Positions 51,461 through 64,000 of a DNA stretch of 64,000 nt are shown one piece after another (within the stretch, counting starts at the first letter, position 1; each line of letters opens with the position of its first letter). The position numbers and the translations under genes were made by a program. The notes under the pieces were generated by a model. That model saw only the letters and a program-made list of their open reading frames with translations. It was not told the origin of the DNA and did no database searches. Source of the stretch: Octopus vulgaris (Eukaryota); assembly GCA_951406725.2 (NCBI GenBank), contig OX597829.1:20956001-21020000 (forward strand), written 5' to 3'.

Positions 51461-51920
51461 CTAGATAACAATACACAGTTCACTTATAGCTAATGCCAAC
51501 CCATGGGGAATAAATCCTTGTTTTTTTTCTTTGACATTAATTTTAAAAAATTTATAAATCTCACACCATCAAGTCAACCTAGTGTCTATGTACCCTTGTG
51601 CTAAAAGGGCTGTGTTCTTTTGGTCAGCACATCTGCAGAATCATCAATACTAAAAGTATGCTTGGCATAAACATTAATAATAATAATAATGATAATGCTG
51701 AGACCCCCTTCAGTCACGACACAGACCATGGGATTGCACCTAGAAAGTTACCCTCCCAGGCACAAGTCCGAGCAAGGTTGTTTATGGAAGACCAGCAGTC
51801 ACCCACGCATACCGGCCTCCCCTCTCCACGTCACCAGTGTTATCCAAGGGAAAGGCAACAACAGATACAGCTTGGCACCTGTGATGTCGCAACTCATTTC
51901 TACAGCTGAGTGGACTGGAG

Positions 51921-52305
51921 CAATTCAAAAATTAGATGTTCTCCTATCATAATTCTTATGCTTAAACTTATTCTAATCTATAAACTCATTGTTATTATTA
52001 TTATTATTGTGAAGGCACATGGCTCAGTGGTTAGAGCATCGAGCTTACGATTGTGAGGTTGTTAGCTCGAATCCCGAACCAGGCTGCGTGTTGTGTTCTT
52101 GAGCAAGACATTTTATTTTTTGCTCAAGAAAACAACACGCAGCCTGGTCCAGGATTTGAGCTCACAACCTCACAATCGTAAGCTCGACGCTCTAACCACT
52201 GAGCCATGTGCCTTCACAATAATAATAATAATAACAATGAGTTTATAGATTAGAATAAGTTTAAGCATAAGAATTATGATAGGAGAACATCTGATTTTTG
52301 AATTG
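51921..52305. repeat. Long inverted repeat, 186-bp arms, 13-bp spacer
   Basis: 51921-52106 is the near-perfect reverse complement of 52120-52305. Confidence 0.97.
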
Positions 52306-52367
52306 AAATTAAGAGTTATGAACATGTTGATAATGTTAATATTACAAAAAAAAAAGTCTATGTAAAT

Positions 52368-52750
52368 AGGTGCAGGCATAGCTGTGTTGTAAGAAGCTTG
52401 CTTCCCACCTGCATGGTTCTGGGTTCAGTCTATTGTATGGCACCTTGGGCAAATGTTTTCAACTATAGCCTCAGACTGACCAAAGCCTTGAGAGTAGATT
52501 TGGCAGAAAAACTAAAAAAGAGCCTGCCATATATAGTTATGTGTGTGTGTGTTTGTCCCCACCACAGCTTGACAGTTAGCGTTGATGGTTTTACATCCTT
52601 GTAACTTAGCAATTCTGGAAAGAGACTGATAGGATAAATATCAGGCTTAAAAAAGTATTGGGGTTGATTCATTCAACTAAAATTTCTTCAAGGTGGTGCT
52701 GCAGCATGGCCACAGACTAATGACTGAAACAAATGAAAGATGAAAGATAA
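52368..52750 (+). mobile_element. SINE family A copy
   Basis: Full-length match. Confidence 0.85.
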
Positions 52751-52779
52751 ATAATAGAAAAGATGAATCAAAGAATATT

Positions 52780-54420
52780 AACTGGCCTAATCCACTATTC
52801 ACATCTTACATAACTATTAATATTCCTCAGAAATTCTCTGTTGTTATTAATTGTACTATTTGTAAGGGTTGTAGAGATTGTGGTGGTGTTCCAGGTAGTG
52901 TCAGTAGGATGATTTGGGTTGTGGTTGTGGTCTAATGTAAGGGTATTCTATGCTGGAACTGTGTGTGTGTTGAGTGTTCATATGACTAGAGTTGTAGTTA
53001 TGTGAGTTTTGATAGTAAAGAGAAAGCTTTTGCTTATTAGAGGCTTCTACAATAGATTCGAAGTTGGGTGGGGCAGAATACGATAGTTTCGGGGTGGATC
53101 AATTAAAGGTAAAATGATATTTATGTTGCTGAGGGAAGTTAGAGTCTGGTATTTTAAAGAAGGATTTAGCTAAGTTTTTAACTTTAAGTAAGAATGGGGG
53201 GGGGGGGTACCACAGAATAGAATGTCCACTGCTTTTTTTAGGAGGTCTGGGAGTAGTGCTATCTAAGTTTTTAGATAAAGACTATATTTTTGGAGAAGTT
53301 ATGTGGGTGGTGAAGCCTGTTGTTGTTAGCTGTTTTAGTTGTTTTCGGTTTTGACCTAGTGTTAAATGAATGTGTGTTGGTTCTAGGTTGCCTAGGTCTA
53401 AGACCTTCCAGGGTTCCATCGACGAGTGTGTGTGGTTGGTTGTGATTGTGATGGTTGGTGCATGTTTGAGATGTGATTTGAGATATGTATTGTTTGAGCC
53501 TGGTGTTATGGATGTATTCTATTTGTTGGAAGAAGCCGCTAGTGGCGAGTGCTTGATTATAGTATGGTGCATGATTATTGAAAATTTCCTCAGTGGAAGA
53601 GAGGTCAAATATGCGGGTTGAGATGCCCTTGATTATGTTATCAAAAGTGGATTTGTGGTGATTGGAGTGGTTGTTAAGGTATTTAAGATATTGGTTAGGT
53701 TTGTGGTAAGGGGAGTATTGGGAGGTTGATAAGTTTAAAGTTGTATCAAGAAAGTTAACAGTTTTGTGTGCGTTTTCGAATGTGATAGATAAGTTTAGGT
53801 TAGAGAAGAATTTATGTAGATCTTTTCTAGTTCTTTCTAAGGAGGATTTATTTATGCTTTTGGTAACTAATAAAGCGTCAGCCCTGTATAGGTCTCCCTT
53901 GATGTTAGGGAAATGTATCTGGAGCTGATGTAGTATATATAATCCAACTCAGTGACCTGAGCTGAATCAGATGATCCAATGGTTATGTTGAATAAGTTGC
54001 TATGGTTATTGGCCCAGCACTAGAGTTTGCTTTCAAAAGAAATAAGGGTTTTGCGGGCATTAAGCATTAAGTTAATTTCTAGTGGGGTTAGGTTAGTAAT
54101 GTTCCTAGCTAGGAGAAGAGCTTGATTAAGAAGTTTGGGAGAAATAGAAGAGTAGTAATTATTTATGTTGAATTGTAGAAAGGAATATGAGTTTTTGGTT
54201 TTTAGAAGGCGGAACCATGTAATAACTTCAACAGTCTGGGACCATAGGTTAATGTTTAATTTGTCCTTGATGATTGGTATTATTTTGTCCCAAATGTTTT
54301 TACTTACCCTTCCTAGGTTGGATTTGGTGGGGTATATTAGGCATTTTGAAGGTTTGGTAATAAAGTCCTTGTGATCCTTGAGGGTTACTGTAGAGATGCA
54401 GGGTAGTATGGTTCGGTTTG
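52780..54420 (-). mobile_element. Penelope-like element RT remnant
   Basis: ARKTLISF, LFNITIGSSDSAQVTELDY, LYRADAL, VNFLDTT, LNNHSNHH remnants. Confidence 0.75.
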
Positions 54421-55035
54421 GTCATCTGTATAAATATATATATATACATGTCTAATATATACATATGTATACATCTTCACATATATATTTTCTTCTACTA
54501 CTAAACACTGACCTGTCTAAACGTCTAATCTATATTCCTAAATTCTTCATTCCATACTACTACCCCTATCTCTGCCTCATCACTTAGACTCTATCACTAC
54601 ATAACTGACACTCCTTTACCTTTTACATTTTTATACCTCTCTTTCTCTATCTTTTTACACTCAAATACCTTGCTCTCTCTATCACCCTCATCTCCCCATT
54701 CTTACTTTCAAATTATCTTGACTGACCACTGACTGTTTTCTCTTCCTGTTTTTGATTTGACCTTACAAATACATTCCCTACTTTTAGGTCACTTTAAATA
54801 ATACCCTTGATTCAACAGCACTGTGTACAAACTCTATACTTGGAATGACCAATTTTAAATACTATTGGATTTTACTCACAAGGTATTGGAATCTTATATG
54901 TATACCATTCTGCCTAAATAATGGATCTACAAATGCAATATCCCTGCATATCTCACATCTATTTTCATTCCTCCACTTCACTCTCTACTTCGTACCTTAT
55001 CTAAATTAACTATTGCTTAACCATTTTCTCACACA

Positions 55036-55083
55036 GTCTCCAATGAAGGGATATATAAGATATCCCAGAAACAGCTGTAAGAC
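55036..55083 (+). ncRNA. Degenerate hammerhead-like motif
   Basis: GTCT-CCAATGA-A-GGGATAT/ATATCCC-A-GAAAC-AGCT-GTA-AGAC; stems perfect, CTGA box mutated. Confidence 0.5.
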
Positions 55084-55551
55084 CTATTTATAAATGTTCT
55101 AAAATTTTCACAGCCTTGGTTTTTTTATCTCATTCTGAAAATAATTTTTTATATATACACATGCTGATATGTTGGACTCCTTATTCGCATAATCGTTGAA
55201 CCTGGAGCTTATATATATATAGTGAAGATGCATTGCCCAGTGGTTAGGGTGTTACCCTCACAATCAGAAGGTCATGGCTTCAGTTCCTAGACTGGATGGT
55301 GAATAAGGTTCTTGAGCAAAACATTTCATTTCATATTCCTCTGCAATCCCTTCAACACCCGACATGTTCCATGCTGTGCACCTGTTCAGACAATGTTGAT
55401 TTGATAGAGGCTAGAGAGCTAATGTACTGCAGGTACATTTGGTCACTATAAGCAAATCAATTGTGCAGGTATTTCGTCAAAAAAGCAGACCAATCATTCG
55501 TCTTTTTTAATGGCAGATTCCATCATGTGTGTGTGTTTGTGTGTGTGTGTA

Positions 55552-55620
<69 letters not shown>

Positions 55621-55724
55621 ATAAATAGATGTATATATATGTATATATGTGTATATATAATATATACATATAATATATATATGTATATATATGTGTATAT
55701 ATAATATATAAGTCGATATCGAAC

Positions 55725-56250
55725 CTCATCCGACGAGAGGCACCTATGCCTACCCCGCTTTGCTTGCAAAGACCTGTTGAGGCAAGTGAAATTGAAATCG
55801 GAATCGAAATTGAACCAATCCTATGACTGGCACCTGGCAGATGCCAGGACCCCTGGACTGGAGATACGTAAAAAGCACTATGCGAATCGTGGCCGATGCC
55901 AGTGCCGCCTCGACTGGCTTCCGTGTCGGTGGCACGAAAAAAGCACCATCCGAATCGTGGCCAAAGCCAGTGCCGCCTCGACTGGCTTCCGTGCAGGTGG
56001 CACGTAAAATGCACCAATCTGACCATGGCCGATGCCAGCCTCGCCTGGCTCCAGTGCAGGTGGCACGTAAAAAGCACCCACTACACTCACGGAGTGGTTG
56101 GCGTTAGGAAAGGCATCCAGCTGTAGAAACATTGCCAGATAAGACCGGAGCCTGGTGCAGCCTTCTGGCTTCCCAGATCCCCGGTCAAACCGTCCAACAC
56201 ATACTAGCATGGAGAACGGACGTTAAACGATGAGGATGATGATGATGACA
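55725..56250 (+). mobile_element. RTE 3'-end copy (family B) with 4 tandem units
   Basis: tgcttgcaaagacc..gcaagtga resembles the RTE ORF end; four aaaagcac units; (GAT)n tail. Confidence 0.88.
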
Positions 56251-56291
56251 TATAATATATATATACACACATATAATATTTATATATATAT

Positions 56292-56573
56292 CCCTGTGAT
56301 CACTGTGACCGACCAGGCTATCAGATGCTGCTACACATCGCTGGTCACAATGTACTTCGCATTGTTTTAGCCTTCAAATGATGCCACACTGCTGGCTAAG
56401 CGAGCAAGCCAACAGAGGAAAGAGAGAAAGTTGTGGCGAAAGAGTACAGCAGGGTTCTCCACCACCCCCTGCCAGAGCCACAATAAAAACTCACAACGCC
56501 CGGTCTGGGAATTGAAATTGCAATCCTATAACCGTGAGTCCGCTGCCCTAAGCACTGGGCCATTGCGCCTCCA
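56292..56573 (-). mobile_element. tRNA-derived SINE sharing its head with 23828-24219
   Basis: Reverse complement starts ggaggcgcaatggcccagtg; different 3' part. Confidence 0.8.
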
Positions 56574-56575
56574 CA

Positions 56576-56606
<31 letters not shown>

Positions 56607-56797
56607 GTATATTTATATATATATATGTAAGTATATGTATATACAGATGTGTCTTAATGTTCATGTTTGCTTGCTCCACTGCTTGACAGCTAAAATCTGT
56701 TTCTGTAATATAGCAGTTCAGCAAAGGAGACTGATAGAATAAGTACTAGACTTAAAACTAAGCCCTAGTGTCAAAATGTTTCATTAAACCCTTAGAA

Positions 56798-56833
<36 letters not shown>

Positions 56834-57096
56834 CAAAATAAGACAAGAATGCAAAACATCCAGACAGTTAGGTGATACAAAAAAGGGACAACAATACATC
56901 CAGATAGATGATACAAAGAAAACAAGGATGGGTCATTTGGAGTTTTCTTTCCTCAGATGAGTTCCAGTTTATCTTTGCAATTTTGTCTGGTTATACTTGA
57001 GATTGTTCCAATCTGCCTATCCCCAAGGAAAAACTAAGCTAAGAGCATTAGATTCCTTGGAAGAAAGCAGCTAACAAGGACAGATATATATATATA

Positions 57097-57144
<48 letters not shown>

Positions 57145-57739
57145 CACACACACATATATATATATATATACACATACATTTCAAAATATAACATGTGAAT
57201 CATTGGCGATTTTCTTCCTCCGTTTTACCTTCTATTGGACTTTCCTCTGCTTCCGAAGAAGAGTGTCTGCTCGAAACGTTAAACCATCCTTCTTTCCTTC
57301 CCTGAGCATCTGCTAATACTTTACATGTACCATGTCCTCATGTGTTTTTTGTGTTTGTTCTTCTTTTTGGGATTTACTATATATATATATAGATAGATAG
57401 ATGTGTATGTTCATGTTTGCTTGCTCCACTGCTTGACAACTAAAAGTTATGTATCTGTAACATAGTAGTTCAGCAAAGGAGACTGATACAATAAGTACTT
57501 GACTGAAAACTAAGCCTTAGTGTCAAATCATTTCATTAAACCCTTAAAAGTGGTATCCCAGCATGGCGTCAGTCCAACAACTGCACCAAGTTATATATAT
57601 GTGCTTGTATGTGTGTGTATATATATATATCTTTTCACCTTGTGCTGTATTGAATACATGATGTGGTTTTAGAGTCAGGGTTTTGACTTCTATTTCAAGC
57701 ATGGTGGTATCTCTTAGAAACCCTTATTTATAATTTTAA

Positions 57740-57833
<94 letters not shown>

Positions 57834-57834
<1 letters not shown>

Positions 57835-57956
57835 TTTATTTTAAGCAGCAGAAAATTCAACAAAATCTGTTACTCTGAGTTTCTCGTTGCCGTTCATCAG
57901 CAACGAGAAACTCAGAGTAACAGATTTTGTTGAATTTTCTGCTGCTTAAAATAAAG
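57834..57956. repeat. Perfect inverted repeat, 57-bp arms, 9-bp loop
   Basis: Base-by-base reverse complement. Confidence 0.98.
57865..57904 (-). ncRNA. Minimal hammerhead-ribozyme-like motif
   Basis: Minus strand CTGATGA-A-CG-GCAA-CG-A-GAAAC-TCAGA-GTA-ACAG; 5' strand of stem I altered by the inversion. Confidence 0.5.
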
Positions 57957-58027
57957 CATATTACTCTACCACTGGTATTTGAGTACTCTTTTTTCCACCT
58001 TGTTTCACATTTATGTGTTTACTCCGG

Positions 58028-58078
<51 letters not shown>

Positions 58079-58899
58079 ATAGATAGATAGATATACATAC
58101 TACATACATATATACATATGTGTGTGTATACATACACTTACATACATACATACTTACATACACACACACAAACAGTATTTTGTTTAGTTTTGAGAATTTT
58201 CACATTATCAAGCATATCTGGCCATTCTTTCTTCCTTCTTTCTATTTACCATGTGTTTCCCAATAACATGGTGTCTCTGAGTGTTAGCTGTACAGCTCAC
58301 CACAAACACATCGATACAAACTATGTTTTTTGCAGATGGTTTTTTTTTATTAATTTCCAAATAAATTTCTTCTTTTAAAATCCGTCTTAAACCATACATA
58401 GCATAATTCTTATGATATTGATATATAAAAAAAATATATTCTCTTGGTAGAAAATATCAGTTCACTTTCTAAAAATAAATATCCTTTATTTGTCTGTTCC
58501 ATTTATAAAAATATATTCAGTACTAGAGTTCTTTTTCTCTTTCCCCTCTTTCTCTCTCCTCTCTTTTCTCTCTTCTCACTCTCTCTTTTTTCTTCACTCT
58601 CTCTTCTCTCTCTCATTCATTCATTCTTAGTAATGCTGTTTGTAAGCTCTCCACGTCTTATAGCTGACTATATTTATACCATGCTGGCTAACAGGTCAAA
58701 GAATCAATTGCTTACATCCTACCACCAATTATTCAGCTGTATTCATAACAGTGAAACTTAATTCTTACTGCTCAAGTCCACTTGACTTGAATAGTTATAA
58801 TGAAGAAACAAAAGTTTACTGCTGCAAGCTATAGTGGCATTATATGAGCATTGTGGTGGCTGATGTATTTGCTTCACTAATACACTTGAGAAAAGGATG

Positions 58900-60600
58900 A
58901 ACACCACATAATCTCTTCTCCACCAACGATAACAATTTTTGTGACTATGCAAGAAATTAGTATTTTAAAGTAGATGTGATGGTTAGCACTGTTGAACATT
59001 ATATTGGGTACTTTACCAAATTGCTTTTGAATTTAGGACTTAGAGGTGAGGTTGTGCATATTTTCTATTGGTTCAGTTGGTTTAGGCTGGGTGTTGTTTG
59101 CCATGTAGCAGATTTTAAACTGAATCGGCAAATTGCCAAGTAAAAGCCACAGCTTTCTAATAACAATTGCATATGATTGGCCAATTAACTGACCGGTCAG
59201 CACTGAGATGTCACATGATACAACTTTCTAGAACATTTTCTAATAAGGCTTAGAAACAGGCTTGCTTTGAGTGCCAAATTTAGCTTGTTAAGAATTGCTG
59301 CCATGTAAACCGCTTTCTCAATTTGCAGTATTTAACAATTGTTTTGACTGAAACAAGTAAAAGAGTATTATTTAAGGTCTAGATGTGAATGTAATTGCAA
59401 GTCAGATTTAAAACTCTGAGGATCAGGACATCTTAGTACCTGATTTATAGTAGGTAGCATAGGTGGACAGTCTGTTACACCAATGAGCAAAACTCTCAAA
59501 GAGGAGAGAAGATAATTATCTTGTGAAATTCTACTGATTCCTACTTTTTACATTTGGTTCTTTGTATTTCTTTGTTTCTCTTACATAAATATCCTCACAT
59601 GGAGTCGTCTGATTTGGTAGTATTTACTTGCAAGACAGCAGCAGAATCAATCAGCATATTATTTTTACAGAGTTCTAAGGATTAATGTTCAACATGTGCC
59701 ATAAAAGAAATATACTGTAACACCTGACAATTAATCAATAGCTACCAACTTGGTCACAGCATTATGCAAGATTGATTACTTTGAATATTGATGAAAGAAA
59801 TGACATGAACCACTGGGCTGGGTGAACTTGACAACATCCTGCCTTGATCTTTGCTTGAAAGCATTAATCCAAGACTGTAGTTCTGTCAAAAAGGTGAATT
59901 GGGGGAAAAAAACATGTCTAACAGATGGCAACCACATCAGTTCACCTTCAAGAAATTGCTTGAGATGTCACAGCATTCCTGTGCATCACCAGCCATGGCA
60001 TACCAAGTTTTTCACACAATGGGTGTTAACAGCAAATAGAGCACCTGAGCAGTGGAATGTGTCCTTTCTATAAAAAGCAAAAGAGCTGATGATCCAGTCC
60101 AATCAGATATGAACTGGCCAGGCTGCAATACATGATAGACATGGCATAGGTGTTCACAGCGTCTGCCTGGCCCTTGATGGCTAGCTTTCTCAAGGTTCAT
60201 TTCCAATTGAGACTGGTTATTCTAGTTACCAATTTGTCTCAGTTCTTCTTCACCAAGAGAGCTGGATAAAACCAGTTCCCAATTTTCTCTCTAGTGCATA
60301 CAACACTGTCTAATGAAATAACTCAATTTGACAGACACATTTGTTCCTAATTCCTTCACTGGCAGACAAAGTTTGAAATCACACTTTTCACAAGAAGTTG
60401 AATGTTTCAATACAGACTACACAAGATTGTTAATTGGTCGAACATCATTTTGCTGGACACGTGAAAGTCACATATCAATAAGATATTATTGATCCTTACC
60501 AACTCTTTCCTTAGTAGACGACCTATTTTCTTTACTTTCCAGCTATCTTTCATACTGAACATTTGTGTTAGCAAGATTTTCATATGTATACACATTCAAA
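58900..60600 (-). mobile_element. Very degraded hAT-like transposase remnant
   Basis: Scattered THCV, FFSPNSP and NTAN.ESG (dimerisation-domain-like) fragments across frames. Confidence 0.4.
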
Positions 60601-60919
60601 TACGTACCATGTAAACATAAAAACTCATATATACACATGACCAAGTATATACACACAGTATATACACATATATACACATGACCAAGTATATACACACATG
60701 TGTGCACACTCACAAAGTCTGGTATGTATACATGTACATCCAAGCAGGAGAATGATTACAGTATATCACATTCAGGGCAAATCAATAAATGGTGCTCATA
60801 AATTAAGAGTTCATTTTAAATCTAATTCTGATAATGAGACTTGATCACTTCCTAGTGCATTACATAATATATTAAAATTGGCATCAGAAATTATTATAAG
60901 AGATATACATATCTCTTTC

Positions 60920-61137
60920 ACTCTTTTACTCTTTTACTTGTTTCAGTCATTTGACTGCGGCCATGCTGGAGCACTGCCTTTAGTCGAGCAAATCAACCCT
61001 AGAACTTATACTTTGTAAGCCTAGTACTTATTCTATCAGTCTCTTTTTCCGAACTGCTAAGTTACGGGGACGTAACCACACCAGTATCAGTTGTCAAGCG
61101 ATGTTGGGGGGGACAAACACACACACACAAACATACA

Positions 61138-61175
<38 letters not shown>

Positions 61176-61177
61176 TG

Positions 61178-61211
<34 letters not shown>

Positions 61212-61383
61212 CATATATACAACGGGCTTTTTTCAGTTTCTGTCTACCAAATCCACTCACAAGGCTTTGGTCGGCCTGAGGCTATAGTAGAAGACACTTG
61301 TCCAAGGAGCTATGCAGTGGGACTGAACTCGGAACTATGTGGTTGGTAAGCAAGCTACTTAACACACAGCCACTCCTGCGCCT
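60920..61383 (-). mobile_element. SINE family A copy with expanded (CA)n
   Basis: Full-length match. Confidence 0.88.
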
Positions 61384-61619
61384 TTTGGTAAAGAAATTGT
61401 TTGATGCAAAGAAATCATTTGATAATATCATTATGTCATGCAGACTCATTTTTGCAAGTTAAAACATTATGTATGTAGTTGGCAGCATTTTTTTTTTTCT
61501 GCATCAGTCACTAGAATAAGTCATTTTTTCTACAGAGTCATAAGAGTTATCTGGAGATTGTACTGTTTGAAAATACTTATTAATAGCTTCCTTAGTTTAT
61601 GGAATGACCACAATGATTT

Positions 61620-62800
61620 TTGACAATACCCAACCATATGGAGATGGTGAACTTTCTAGACTTGACTCTAGATCTAAGCAAAGGCCTACACCAACCATAC
61701 CATAAGCTAAATGAAGACAATATTTAAGCTAACAAAGGTCCTAAACATCCCCTTAAGATAATTTGGAATATAGTTGATAATGTAGGTAAAGGTATTTCCA
61801 ACATCATCATCATCATTTAACATCCGCTTTCCATGCTAGCATGGGTTGGACGATTTTAACTGAGGGCTGGCGAACCAGATGGCTGCACCAAGCTCCAATC
61901 TTGATCTGGCAGAGTTTCTACAGCTGGATGCCCTTCCTAACGCCAACCACTCCGAGAGTGTAGTGGGTGCTTTTTATGTGCCACCGTCTTCAAATAGGAA
62001 TATATTGAATAGTGCTTCCTCATACAACAATGATGTGCTAAAAATATGACTATGGCTTCTTCACCAATGAAATAAAGTATTTAGAGACTGTTCCCACCAA
62101 GAAAATTAAACTTAGAACTAAGAAAGTGATATAGTTTAATCCACCTTACAATACTAATGTATTAACTAATGTTGTTGGATGTTTACTCTCTCTTATAAGA
62201 AAGCACTTCTCCAGTCATCACAGATGTATCAAAATTTTCAATAAGTACATGGTCAAGGTTAATTATAGCTGCTTCTAAAATATAGGGTTGCAGGTACTGA
62301 ATTACAACCAGGGAATTACACATACAAACAATTTAAATCTAATCCAACAAGATTGTAATTTTAGAAACAAATTTCAATGTCTATTGGATAATAAATGTCT
62401 TGCAAAAGTGCTTGTCTGTAAAGCCAAAGTTCACAACTATGAAGATACAGAAAAATCAAATATTGGGCTCATAGAAAATTTGATCTTCACTCCACACAAC
62501 ATCTTTATACGATCTGTAACTTAGTATAAGGTATTCTACATCATTGTCTAAGTATATCTGGGACCTGAAGGATAATGTTATAAACAATCCAACCAGTAAG
62601 TGGAGCATTTTAGGAAAAGCAGACGCCAATAACAGATGAGGCACAAGATGTAATCTGTGCTTAACTGAGAAATTGAACATCCTGCCTACATCTAACATCC
62701 TGAATTCAAGAGAGTAGACACTTTTTTTTCCTTACTTGCATATGAGAAGTTTCAGCCTGCAAGTATTCAAATATACTCCTCTCCCTAATGGATTCCATCA
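61620..62800 (+). mobile_element. Penelope-like element 3' part (GIY-YIG endonuclease)
   Basis: CLLDNKCL, LSKYIWDLKD, KWSIL, CNLCLTEKL motifs. Confidence 0.8.
61802..61986 (-). mobile_element. Short RTE 3'-end copy (family B) inserted in Penelope remnant
   Basis: Near-identical to 2500-2690. Confidence 0.85.
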
Positions 62801-63482
62801 ACAAACAGGATAGCAACAACTGTGAACCTGGCTTCCTAGTCAAAACGGCCTCTTGAACTCAGCATTAGTTACATCCTCATCATAATAATCAGCATCACAG
62901 TCAATACCACTATTATCCTTATTACTACTACTACTACCTTCACCAATGACCCCTTTATCAGTGATTTGATCACAATCCCCATCAAGTCCCTATTGGAGCC
63001 ACTATGAGTTGTAGTATATACATACTCTACATAAACATGGCCAGCTTTGGGATCCATTCCTTACACACTGAATATCAATAGTATCATCATATTGGCCATT
63101 AATCTGTCTTTATTTATATGTTCATTGGTTATCTTTATAATTAATTGTGATCATTACCATCATCATCATCATTACTATCATCTGATATTGTATCTGTATA
63201 TAATGTCACCCAATCTGTTTGTTCTACTCACCTTCTTCATCATCATTATTCCCATCTTAAATTATTTACTTGACTCATTTACTCAAATATTTTTCCATCC
63301 ATATGTCCTACCATATCTAGTTTCTACTCTTTATCTCGGTTGCATTTTATTGTTTTCTTTTACCTGTCTTTTGTTTCTTTATTTCTTGTTTCTGGGTATT
63401 ACTCCTTTAAAAATTTTTTGTATTCATTCTACATTTCTTAACTTTAATAACTTTCAGAATTCTTTTATTCTTTTATTTTTTT

Positions 63483-63832
63483 TATTTGTTTCAGTCATTT
63501 GACTGTGGCCATGCTGGAGCACCGCCTTTAGTCGGGCAAATCGACCCCAGGACTTATTCTTTGTAAGCCTAGTACTTATTCTATTGGTCTCTCTTGCCGA
63601 ACTGCTAAGTGATGGGGACGTAAACACACCAGCATTGGTTGTCAAGCGATGTTGGGGGGACAAACACAGACACACACATATATGATGGACTTCTTTCAGT
63701 TTCCGTCTACCAAATCCACTCACAAGGCTTTGGTCGGCCCGAGGCTTTAGTAGAAGGCGCCTTGCAGTGGGGCTGAACCCAGAACCATGTGGTTCGTAAG
63801 CAGGCTACTTACCACACAGCCACTCCACCACC
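63483..63832 (-). mobile_element. SINE family A copy
   Basis: Near full-length match. Confidence 0.88.
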
Positions 63833-64000
63833 TTTATATTTTATAACTTTTCAATAACTTAACTCCTTATCATTCAGGTTACTCTGTCAAATATAATCCT
63901 TTCTACTAAAGGCACAGAGCCTGAAATTTTGCTGGAGGGAACTAGTCACTGGTACTCAATTTATCAATCCCAAAGGGATGAAAGGCAAAGTTGGCCTTGA

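Noticed and set aside
52013-52090. tRNA-like sequences (also 22946, 23828, 55225)
   Set aside because: A/B boxes present but no complete cloverleaf and followed by SINE bodies; these are SINE heads
55523-56210. Several overlapping ORFs of 60-184 aa
   Set aside because: Minisatellite and microsatellite translations from a repeat copy
63047-63502. 151-aa hydrophobic ORF
   Set aside because: T-rich low-complexity sequence downstream of a Penelope remnant; non-ATG start

Overview
Eukaryotic, AT-rich, microsatellite- and transposon-dense DNA. The repeat families look like those of an Octopus/coleoid cephalopod genome (my recognition, not verified by search). One complete protein-coding gene is supported: a 7-exon NECAP (adaptin ear-binding coat-associated protein) on the minus strand, ATG at 47582 to TGA at 1792, 891 nt, 296 aa, all introns GT-AG and phase-consistent. 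It has the PHear domain plus KEG, WGDF and C-terminal WVQF motifs. Almost everything else is mobile DNA: a decayed Gypsy element carrying nested HERO, RTE, SINE, Helitron and CR1 insertions; two non-autonomous Helitrons; Tc1 (DD34E) and maT (DD37D) transposons; copia, R4/Dong, hAT and Penelope remnants; about 18 copies of one tRNA-derived SINE; and about 12 copies of an RTE 3' end with an internal minisatellite. I see no novel protein-coding system. The most interesting signals are non-coding: a set of hammerhead-ribozyme-like motifs in palindromic mini-elements, several foldback palindromes, a composite two-headed Helitron, and an exon 2-4 block that would give a stop-free circular ORF.
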